The notes below the pieces were generated by a model that was not told the origin of the DNA, did no database searches, and worked only from the letters and a program-made list of their open reading frames with translations. A program made the translations under genes and the position numbers. A stretch of DNA of 60,015 nt, the filler included, from Callorhinchus milii (taxonomy: Eukaryota): the NCBI RefSeq assembly GCF_018977255.1. It is 2 parts of 2 records of this genome, joined end to end, with 100 filler letters (N's around TTAATTAATTAA, not from the genome) between each part and the next. Parts side by side here need not be neighbours in the genome. Positions count along the whole stretch, not along the records: positions 30,077 to 60,015 come from NW_024705638.1; 1 more part is not named here. One strand, 5' to 3'. Shown here piece after piece: positions 48,890 to 60,015 of the stretch (positions within the stretch are counted from its first letter, which is position 1; every line of letters begins with the position of its first letter).

Positions 48890-51800
48890 AGAAGGCAAAG
48901 CTGAGACAGCGGAATGGAGCGCTGTCTGTCACCAGCGCAGGAGAAAGGATGAGAATGTGATTGTCATTGAATGTTGACAAGATGGAAACCACACATTTTG
49001 ACTCTCATCAATGTCTAAAATCTCACAGTTCTGACATCAACCAACTACCCGTCCTCCCCCTAAAAGTCTCCGACCCTTTACGCAACCTCGGCATCAGGTT
49101 CGACCCCCAATTATCCTTCCTCCCCGACATCTGATTTCTCACCAGCACCAATTTCTTTCACCTCTGACGCATCGCCCGTCTCCACCAATACCTCTCTCTG
49201 AAGGACGCTGAAATCCTGGACCATGCCTTTGTCACCTCTCGGCTGGACTACCCAAACGCCCTCCTCGCCGGTCTCCCCCCATAAAATCCAGATTATACAA
49301 AACTCTGCCACCCACATTCTCACCCGTACCAAAGTCCACTCCACGATTACCCAAGTCCTTGGCAGTCTGCACTGGCTGTCTTTCCCAGAGAGGATCGACT
49401 TCAAGGTCCTCACACTTGTCTTCAAATCCCTCCAATTCCTCTGCATCCCCCTACCTCTCTGACATCCTCTCTCCTCAAAATAGTGCCCATTGCCTTCTTT
49501 CCACCAGGTCTGGCCTCCGCCTTGTCCCCCGAGTACTCCGCTCCACCCTCGGTGTCCTTGCCTTCAGTCACTATGCCCCGAGGCTCTGGAACTCCTTTCT
49601 CATTCCCTTTGCCTCACCCCCTCTCTTCCTATTTTCAGGTCTCGGCTGAAGACCTTAATTTTCGACTGTGGCTTTGATCAACTTCCTCCCCATCCCCCCG
49701 GCTCGGCCCCGGGATCCGTTAATGTAAAGCGCTCTGAGACGCCGTCCACTGAACTCCTCTCCCTCTGGCCCTCGTCCTTCACTGATCCCTGTTCAGCGCC
49801 TTGGGACGTCCTCCCGATGTGAAAGGTGCTCTATAAATGCAATCTTGTTGTTATTTATGTTGTACGGCGTGGAGGGCGCAATATAAATCCAAGTTGTTGT
49901 TGTTGTTGACTCTGCAGCTCGTGTCCTCTCCTGCACTAAACTCTATGACCCATCACCCCCATCCTCACTGGGCTCCACTGGCTCCCCATCCCCTCGAGGA
50001 TAGAGTTCAAGATCCTCATCCTCCACTTTAAATCCCTCCACGGTCTTGTCCCGAACTACACCTGTGACCTCCTAAACCCTGCTGTAGGATTCTGCAATAA
50101 ACGTGTTAAGTTATATCTCATGTTTGCAACGTTTATATATTTGAAACTTATAATCAATCGCATAAGATATGATGGGAGCCGGTTGTGACTCACTTCGCAG
50201 AATATTGTTTCTTAAGGATGACAAACAAAAGACAACAAACTTTCCATTCCTTTTTACTCATTTTCTCATGGAAAAATGGTCTACACCTACTCTGACATGG
50301 GAGAGAGCTATGTTGCATTTCTTTTCACAAAGGAACCATTTTACAAAAGACATCAGGTCACCTACACCACATCCATATGCCCACGCACACCCTGATAAGG
50401 CACATTAGGCGCTATCGGAAGTCGCCCCGAAACACAAAGACCAGACTGATCATGAGATGAATGATATTTATTTATTTCTATCTTCTCAATTCTTTCTTCT
50501 GATTATCTTTTCAAATTGATCTCCACTAAAACAGTTGTGTGGGTGCCCTGTGTGTCTTTTTGTAAATTGGTTCCTTTGTAAAAAAAAATGCAACATTGCT
50601 CTCTCACAAGTTAAAACAGCTGCAGACCATTTGGAGTGTGGAGTAAAGCTCCCTCTACATTGCCCATCCAGCACTCCCAGGCAGTCACTGTGTATTGTGT
50701 AGGTCTGTAGTGAATCTCCACGCGATTAAACTGACAGAACATCAGAACTTCTTTGCTCTCCTGAGTGTCTGAAATTCTCATAGTCTTAGGCTGAAGACCA
50801 TTACCATAAAGTTTAAGGGGCAGCAAAGTTTGGTAAAATTCTCTGCATTTCAGTGTGAATTTAAAATTCGTTCTCCTGCAATTCGTACACAGAAAACCTC
50901 AATATTCTGCACCGTCCTGAACAAAATCCTCCAGGCTGATACACAGTGACTGAGCCATGGTAGTTCTCTCGGACTGCTGTTACCAGCTCAGCTCTCCCAG
51001 ACTACGTGTCTGAGGGTCTTGGAACCCATGTAGTCTAAGCTGATGCTCCAGCGCATTGCTGGGGAGAGAGCACCACATTGTTGGAAGTGCCATCATTTGG
51101 ATGAGATGTTCAATGTCATTCCCGTCTGTACCACTTTGTATCCATGAACGACTTCTCCTCCAGCCCTCGCACAATCAGATGTGGCGTTCCCCAAACCTCT
51201 GTCCTTGTTCCTCTTCTTTTCAAAACTCTCACGCTCCCTCTTGGTGACATTTGTCTGGAGAAATGAGATCAGTTTCCACATGTGATTGATCCACAACTCT
51301 ACCTGTCGGACATTAAGTCCTGGATGAGAGTACTTCCTGTAGTTGAATGCCCACAACACCAAGTCCCTCCTGCTTGGCTCCTGTCAGCGCGTCCATCCTT
51401 TGGGAAATGACAGCATCACCCTTCATGGATGCACTCCACACCTCACAGAGCCAATACAGAACCTCAGAATCCTGTTCGAACCTCAACTGTTCTTCAACCG
51501 ACACATCCATTCATGAGCTGCTCCACTTTTCTCCACCTCCGCAATATTACCCGGCTCTGCCATTATCTCTCACCGAAACCTTTATTCACGCATTGATCAC
51601 ATCCAGGATCGACTACACAAACTCCATGCTTGTCGGCCTCCCCAACTCCTCCCTCCACAGGCTGCAGATTATCCAGAAATCTACAGTGCATATCCTCTCC
51701 AGCAATAGGCAACGCGACCCCATCACCCCCATCGTTGCCCGGCTCCACTGGCTTCCCTTCACACAGCAGACACAGTTCAAGATCCTGTTCTTCACCTTTA

Positions 51801-54800
51801 AAGCTCTACATGGAATTGCTCCCCCCGAACCCTGCGTCCTCCGAACCTCGGACCAACCTGTCCGCCTTCTCCTCTCAGCGGACTCCGGCCTGCTTCATGA
51901 CCCCTGCTTGCCTGCCCTACCATTGAGGTATGGGACTTCAGTCTCTCTTGCCCCACACACTGGAACTTAATCCCACAGTCGCTCCCTTCTCGCCTTGGCC
52001 CACTCCCTTCCCTTTTTCAAGACCCATCTCAAGACCCTCCTCTACGACCATACCTTCAGTCACCCTCATACCCCTACCCTCCCTGCCCTCCAGATCCCAA
52101 CCACCAGCTCTGGTGTGGATCTCTGACTGTACAGCACCTTTGGATGTCCTTCTGACATGAAAGATGTTATACAATTGTAATTTGTTCTTGCTGTTGGTCA
52201 CAGATACCCGTCACTAACTGACTTGTCTCCCAAAAGAAGGGATTATTACCTCCTACAAGATTCACTTTTCCAGGGTAATATCCCCTCAAAAAATAATAAA
52301 AAATAAGGAATAATAAAGAAATGGTGACTTGGTTCACGACTCTTTGTGGGACACTGCCAAGAAGATTCAATGAGGCATGAATCAAATGCAAGGAACATTA
52401 TGATGAATAAGCCCTCGTATCATTCTGGTGAATCTGCTCTGCACCCCCTCCAGAGCGAATATATCCTTCCTGAGTTCCGGTGCCCAAAACTGAATGGACG
52501 ATTCAGATGGGGTCTGACCAAGGCTCAATACAGCTGAAGAATCATTTCCTCTGCTTTATATTCCAGCCCCTTGAGATAAAGACCAACATCACATTGGCCT
52601 CTTTGTACCTGTGAGCTTGTTTTTAGTGATTTGTGTACATGGACACCCAAATCCCTTTGCTCCTCCAGTTCTTAGTTTTCACCATTGAGAAAATATTCTG
52701 CTTTTGGATCCACAGTGGATGAACTCACACTTCCCCACATTGCATTCCATCTGCCACAGTCCCCTTTATCGCCAGCCAGGCCATGTCCTGATGGTTATTG
52801 GTCAGGGTTGGTGACGAGGCGATTCACCAGATGTAGTTGACCGTTGCCGCAGGTCAACTACACGTGTGTTTCCGGCTTAGCGGGGCTCCGGGCACAGCCT
52901 AAGGCACTTACATACAAAGGTGGCCATACAAAGGTGATCAGGGCGAGGTTATGGTCGGCTTTTCCATCCTCTTCGGGGTTTTAAGCGCTGTGTCCCTGCT
53001 GACATGATCCACTCGGCCCCTCAGATCAGGTGGGATGGTGGGTTTTTGAGAAGGAGGGAAGGTGACGACAGACAACAACAACAAATGACATTTGTACAGC
53101 ACCATTCACGTGAGGAGGACGTCCCATTGTACTGGACAGTCAGGGATTTGGACCCGAACTGGAGGTTGGGATCGGGAGGGTTGGAGGGCAGGGAGGTAGG
53201 GGGAGGAGGGTGACCGAAGGTGCATTCGAAGAGGAGGGTTTTGAGACGGTCCTTGAGGAAGGAAAGGGAGGGGCCGAGGCAGAGGGACTGTGTGATGGTA
53301 CCAAAGGGAGATGACTGAGGGGCTGAAGGAGGTGGGACTGTACTATGGACAGCGAGAGGGTAACTGTATGTCCTGACAGGTGAGGCTGGTTGGTACTCTA
53401 GCCCCTGAGGTGGCAGGCGATGGGGAAGCAGGGGCTGCTGGTCACACGGCCCACATTCAACCTGAACCAGTTACCGTGTCAGTGGGGCTGGGCTCTGAGA
53501 CTCCACAACATCGCCTGAGCCCAGCCTGGGTTAGCGCCTCCTCAGCCTGTCATCACCAGCCTGTGCGAGAGTGTGTGTGATTACAGGCTTGTGTGACTGT
53601 AAGTGTGTGTGTGTGTGATTACAGGCGTGTGTGAATGTGATCTCAGGCATGTGTGAGTGATTACAGGCGTGTGCGAGTGATTACAGGCGTGTGTAAGTGT
53701 GATCGCAGGCGTGTGTGTGTGTGTGAGTGTGTGGGATGATAACAGGATGGAGCTGATGGATGGCAGTGGGGACTGATGAGCTGAGTGTGAGCCTCGGGGT
53801 GTCAGCCGCAACAACAACAACTCTCATTTCATGGCTGGAGGCCATCTCGAAGCACATCACACGAAGCTGTTGTTGGACACACAGGAGAGGGAAGCTTTTG
53901 GGTTCCAACAACTATGAATTCTTCAAATTTACTTCCGAGCTCCAGGTCACACAGAACCTCAGCAGCTGCTCCGTTCTCTCCGCACGTCCCCGCTCTCCCA
54001 CCTTAGTAACGTTAGGATGTCACAAGGCAGTGGGACAAGAAGACATGGGTTCAGAGTTACAAAGGAGCAATTTCATTCCAGACAGCTCAGGTCCAGAGTT
54101 GTCTGGTTCCTCCAAGCAATTGCACTTACTGTATGTCATGTCTCAAATTACTGATATTCTGCATCCCACAAATATTATTTTCTAAACAAAAACAAGATCT
54201 AATTTGTATTTGAATGAATGTGATTCAGATGTTTGATACGGCGAAGGGATGAATCTTAACTGCAACACAATGCAACACGATTTACATTTCTGTCAGGAGG
54301 ATGTCTGAGAGCGATTAAGATTGTTCCCTGAAAGTCCCGTCAAATTTAATTTTTTTTTAACTGTTGATTAATACTTCTTTAGAACTAAAGGTCTTCGAAT
54401 GCGAATCATTTGAGAACATTGTGGCCATTGTCTGGATATGAACAACAAAAACAACAACAAGAATCTATTTATAGAGCGCCTTTCACGTTGGGAGGACGTC
54501 CCAAAGCACCGTACAGTTGGGTCAGGACCTGAACAGGTGGGAAATGGTCAGGGTGAGGGTATGGAAGGGAGGGGGTGATGAGGGGGGAAATGGTCAGGAG
54601 GGAAGGGAGCGGGCGATGAGGGTGGGCTGAAGAGGGGAGCTGAAGGCACCGTCAAAAGTGTGTTTAGGTTCAAACCCAACATCAGGACTTGGAATCATAT
54701 GGTCTAAGCTGACGCTCCAATGCAGCGCTGGGGGTGTGTGGCATTGGTCAGAGGTGCCGTCCTTCAGATGAGACGTCAAATCAATGTCCCGTCTGCCTGT

Positions 54801-57800
54801 TCAGGTGAATATTATCGATCCCATGGCACAATTTAAACAGAGGAGGACTTTTTCTCTCCCATTTCTTGGCCAACAATCCCACAAATAAAATTGATCAGTC
54901 ATTCTGTGGCTGTTTGTGGGAATCTGCTGTGCGCAATTGGCTGTCGTGTTTCACCCACAATATATAGTCACAACACTTTACAGTATATTCTGTGAAGCGC
55001 TTTGACATGTCTCGATGATGTGATAAGCCGCTATATCAAATGCAAAGGTTATTATTCTTGTGATGAAAGAGCCGGCAGACCCGGGTTCTGTTCTGAAGAG
55101 GGTAAAAGGTGATCTGATTGAAGTGTCGAAAACAACGGAGAAACCTCTGACTGAGACGGATCTGCAGAATATTACACCACAACTGGGGTGGGGGGAGGGA
55201 GGGGAGGGGGGAAGTGGCAGAACAATGTGAGCCCCCAATAAACAAAGCAACGGATCCAAATCAGATCAGTGCAGACTCCAGAACTCGAACTCAAATAATA
55301 ATAATCCTTGCTTTTGATGCAGCGCCTTATCACGTGATTGAGACGTCTCAAAGCGCTTCACAGGATATACTGTAAAGTGGATTGACCGTGTATTTTATGG
55401 GAGAAACCGGCAGCTAATTGTGTACAATAGGTTCTAGGAATACAACAGATTTACTAATTTATACAGTGTCTCACATCGGGAGGACGTTCCAAGGCTCCTA
55501 ACAGTCCTGGTTTGGCAGTGAGCTGGGAGTGGGAGCTCAGGGTGGAAGTTAGGAGTAAGATGACAGAGCGTCATCAAAGAGGTGGTCTTGAGACGGATCT
55601 TAAGATGACATTAAATGGGCCCGAGGGACTGCCTCATCTGAACCAGCCTCGTGATTTTTATGATCTTGTGAAATCATGTTCAGGCCGTACAGTCTGTGCT
55701 GTTGTGCAGTTTTGCTTCCAGCAGAGAGCGATGTCGCTCTACTGTAACTGCAGTCAAGCTGTGCTTCCTCTCCACCACCAGGTGGCGATAGTACCCCAAC
55801 AACAACAACAACTGGTTAAAATAAAATAATAATAATAATCCTTGTATTTGATACAGCGCCTTATCAGGTCGTTGGGACGTCTCAAAGCGCTTCACAGGAT
55901 ATACTGTAAGGGCAGTGACTGTATTTTGTGGGTGAAACGTAGCAGTGAGTTTGCACACAGCAGTGCCCCACAAACAGTCCTGGAGTGAGTGACCAAATGT
56001 ATTTCGGGGGAATCGATGGACATGACGTCGGGAGAGAGAAACTCCATCTCTTTTCAAACAGCGCACCCTGATAATAGCAAATAATGCCAGACAGTGATAT
56101 CAATGACAAGCTATGCAGCTTCAGCTGATTAAACTCCAGCAGTTACCCCAACGCACACTCTGGGGACACCAAATCTTGGCTCTTGCCAACCTGCACCTAA
56201 AACTGTCCAGAATTAGGGAAGCAGGAGGTGTCCCTCCAGGGAGAGAGCGCATTCCATTTCAGTCACCGGGAAACATCCATGTGGTGTTCATCCATCGGGT
56301 TTGGGTACTTTTAAACACAATGATGGTTTTCTGCATGTGTCAGACATCCGGGTCGACCAAAAATAAGCAATTTATTTGAGAGGACACTTGTTGCATATGT
56401 GAAGGGGAAGGGAATGTATAGGTGTATAACTTTGTGAAGGGATTTAACAGGTCAATAGTGAGCAGCTGTTTCCTCTGGTGAGGGAATTGAGGACTAGAGG
56501 CCAAAGTCTTAAACTTGAGGCTAAACCGTTTAGAAGTGACAGAGGGATAACATTGTTACACAGTGGGTGTTGGGAGTGTGGAATTCACTCCCTTAGAGGG
56601 CAGTGGAGAACTGAGTCAATGGATCATTTTAAAAGGCAAATAGATAATTATTTGATAGGTACATAGACAGTGATATTAGAGTTTGGGGAGAGAGAGAGGG
56701 AGGTGATGGCGTTGAGTTGCGGATTGAGCGTGAACTTGGAAAGTGTTGGCTCAGGCTCTCTGGGCCGAATGGCCTCCTTCTGTTCCTTTGTTAATAATCA
56801 TATATTGTAATAATAATCACTGTATTTGGTAGAGCTCCTTATCATGTCGTTGAGACGTCTTAAAGCGTTTCACTGAATATACTGGAAAGTGGATTGACTG
56901 TGTATTTTGTGGCAAACCTGGCAGTCAATTTCTTGCTCACTCACTGACTGACTGACTTACTCTCACACACACACTCACTCATTCACACACACAAACACCC
57001 ACTCATTCACTCACACACACGCGCACATTCACCCACTCACTCTCAGAAGATTTCATTCACAAAGTGTGAGGATCGGGTGCCTGGTCTGGGGGTGACCCAC
57101 TCTGCAGTCGTGGGATACTGGTTGTGATCTTGAGACGAGTTGTGCTTGAGTTTTAATAATAATAATAAACAAAGAGCCTTCTTCCCAACCTCAGGCAAGG
57201 ATTGGGTCACGTTAAGATTAAGTGTCACTCACACACTCACTCACACATACACTCACTCACTCACTCATCACTCACTCACTCACTCATACACACACACAAC
57301 AACAACAACAACAAGATTGCATCGATAGAGCGCCTGTCACGTCGGGAGGTCGTCCCAAATCGCTGGACTGTAGGGTCGGGACCCTAGCAGGGGCGAAATG
57401 GTTAGGGTGAGGGGAGGGAAAGGAGGGAGCGAGGAGGGGGTAAAGGTCAGGGTGAGGGGAGGGAAGGGAGGGAGCGAGGGGGGTGGTAGAGAGTCGAGAG
57501 GGGAGCTGAAGGCACGGTTGAAGAGAAAGGTCTTGAGACCGGCCTTGAAGAGGAAAGGGAGGAGGCAAGGCAAAGTTACTGGGGGATGGAGTTCCAGAGC
57601 CTAGGGGCTGAGAGGCTGAAAGCCCGGCCACCGAAGATAGGACGGTTAGGGCGGGGGATGTGGAGCAGACCGGAGACAGAGGAACGGAGGGTATAGGCAG
57701 GTAAGTAGGGGGATCGTAGGTTGGAGAGGTAGGAGGGGGCGAGGCCGTGAATGGCCTTGAAGGTGAGGATGAGGATCTTGAATTTGATCCTCTGGGGGAT

Positions 57801-60015
57801 GGGGAGCCAGTGGAGGCGAGCGAGGGTGGGAGTGATGTGGTCGCGAAGCCTGGTGCGGGACAGTACACGAGCTGCAGAGTTCCTAATGACCTGCAGCTTG
57901 TGGAGGGAGGTGTCGGGAAGGCCGACGAGGAGAGAGTTCCCGTAGTCCAGCCTTGAGGTGACACAGGCGTGGACCAGTGTTTCAGCAGCGTGAGGGGTGA
58001 TACCTGTCAATACCTGTTTGAAGGTAATAATCAATACCTGTTTGAAGCCCAATCAAGTGACTATATGATTTACTGAAATGTTGTAGTCGTTGTAACACAG
58101 TAGACCTGGATTGATGTCCAGAAGTGGGAGCATCATGTACTTGTTGTAAAATATTATTCGGACACCTTGTCGGAACCACACAAAAATCTTTGTAAAACAG
58201 CAAACCTTGTTTGACAATTCAATCTGATCCATGGTTTGAATAGTGATTATTCACGGAAACGTTACAATTTAATGTTTCGATAGTTTGTATTATTTCCACC
58301 TCAGTGTCATGGGCACATTTTTAAGTCTACAGAGATTATTGTGGCCACTTGTTCCAAAGATGGCTAAAATATGGCTGGATCCCATTTTGTGACACTGTGT
58401 GGCCACTTTTGTGGCCAAATCTTCTGCGATGTTATTAAGTTTTCCGTTCGTCAATACAAAGCGGTGCAAAAAGGGAATGACATTTAACGTCTCATCCCTC
58501 CAACAATGTGGTGCTCTCCCCCCAGCAATGCACTGGAGCGTCACCTTAGACTACATGGGTTCCAAGACCCTCAGACACGCACTCAGTGAGAGCAGAGATG
58601 GTAACAGCAGCCCGAGAGAACTACCATGGCCCAGACACTGGGTATCAGTCTGGCTCCGTCACTGTGTCATGGCCCAGTCACCGTGTGTCAGATCACTGTG
58701 TGTCAGTCTCAGTCACCGTGTGTCAGTGTCTCAGTCACTAGTGTCTGTGTGTCAGCTGTGTCAGTCCTGAGTCAGTTGTGTCAGTCACTGTGTGTCAGTG
58801 TCAGCTGAGTCACTGTGTGTCAGTCACTGTGTGTCAGTGTCGCGTGTCAGTGTCGCTCAGTCACCGTGTGTCAGTCCTGTGTGTCAGTGTCGCTCAGTCA
58901 CCGTGTGTCAGTGTCGCTGAGTCTCTGTGTGTCAGTGTCGCTCAGTCAGTCAGTGTACTGTGTGTCAGTGTCGTCAGCAGTCACTGTGTGTCAGTGTCGC
59001 TCAGTCACGTGTGTGTCAGTGTCTCTCAGTCACTGTGTGTCAGTCCTGAACTGACAGATTGGAATATGGTTTAACATCTCATCCAAAGGACAGCGCCTCC
59101 GACAGTGTATTCCCAACCCCCAGAACTGCATTGGAGCATCGGCTTAGACTATGTGTTTCCAAGACACGAAGTGGGACTGAAACCCACAACCTTCTTACTC
59201 AGAGGCGAGAGCGCTACCACTGCCTCAGTGAATGGAGGATTTTGTTCAGGACGGTGTAGAATTTTGATCATCGTGTAAAAGTCAGATGGTATTTGGAGTT
59301 GGGTTTCTATATATGAACTGCAGAAGAACGATTTCCAAATTCAAACCGAAATACAGAGTATTTTACCAATCTTTGCTGCCCCTTAAACTTCAAGGTGATG
59401 GTCTTAAGCCTGAGATTATGAGAATTTCAGGCCCTCAGGAGAGCAAAGATGTTTTGATCTTCTATCAGTTTAATCGCGGGGAGATTCACTACCCGCTCCA
59501 CAATACACAGTGACTGTCTGGGAGTGCTGGATGGGCAGTGCAGAGAGAGCTTTACTCCACAACAACTTACATTAACACAGCGCTCCTCACGTACGTTAGC
59601 TTCCCAGAGCGCTTGACAGTGGCAGAGCACGATGCCGAGCCAGCGGAGAGGGGAAGTTGACCATTGGCACGGTCAAAGTGGAAGTTCTTCAGGTGCGACC
59701 TGAAGACGGGAAGGAGTGGATAAGCCGGAGAGGGAGAGGAACAGTGTTCCAGAGTTTCGGGGAGTGGTGTTGAAAGCGCGGCCACCAATGGAGGAACTAT
59801 GGACAATTAGGTGTCAGTCAAGCGGAGGCAGCGGGTTGTAGGATGGACGGTAAGCAGGTCGGAGACGTAGCGTGGTGCAGGGCATGAAGGGATTGGAAAA
59901 CGAGCGTGAGGATCTTAAAATCAATGCTTTTGGCCGTTGGAAACCAGTGGAGCCCGACTAGACCTGGTGTGTGGTGTGATGCTCAGCCGTGTCTGTATCT
60001 ACCCCGTGCTGTAGC

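Larger units (their letters stand above)
30077..60015. repeat. Segmental duplication block with direct and inverted paralogous segments
   Basis: ~43560-46100 is an inverted copy of ~30077-32680. ~46100-48560 is an inverted copy of ~32440-34900. ~41880-43530 and ~49000-51500 are inverted copies of parts of 35900-38760. ~57295-60015 is a direct copy of ~33560-34900 followed by ~30077-31632. Confidence 0.85.

Noticed and set aside
48752..48960. Selenocysteine defensin (in-frame UGA in B/D plus a 3' UTR hairpin CUGA-GACAGCG-GAA..CGCUGUC)
   Set aside because: The UGA aligns with Gly, not Cys. The hairpin is too short, lacks the 3' GA of the quartet and is disrupted in copy B.
53480..53562. SECIS-like AUGA..AA..GA on the minus strand
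   Set aside because: Spacing and pairing do not fit a SECIS, and no selenoprotein ORF lies upstream.
53578..53720. GATTACAGGCGTG Alu-like motif
   Set aside because: Part of a short GT-rich tandem repeat; no other Alu sequence.
53760..54185. 141-aa ORF
   Set aside because: No recognisable domain or exon chain; likely chance.

Overview
Vertebrate genomic DNA, most likely a cartilaginous fish (inferred from tRNA-derived SINEs with Deu-like core and L2-type tails, plus CR1/L2 LINE fragments). An N44-TTAATTAATTAA-N44 spacer (29977-30076) splits the window, so the two ~30 kb halves may not be contiguous. Left half: a multi-exon TNIP1 (ABIN-1) gene (+) with a kappaB-rich promoter and one exon containing two in-frame TAG codons; a complete 5-exon selenoprotein GPX3 gene (-), tail-to-tail with TNIP1, with an in-frame UGA and a GUGA-type SECIS; and an NDNF-like gene (+) broken by three single-base frameshifts. 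Right half: a recently duplicated, partly palindromic, repeat-rich block carrying four small two-exon beta-defensin-type genes (two minus, two plus) whose spliced products are not in the ORF track. It shows birth-and-death evolution: a deleted copy, a recombinant copy, a shared in-frame UGA or acceptor shift, and a Cys-to-Ser loss. A fifth copy is predicted just past the window end. An unexplained ~250-nt multi-hairpin segment lies at ~52.8-53.0 kb.
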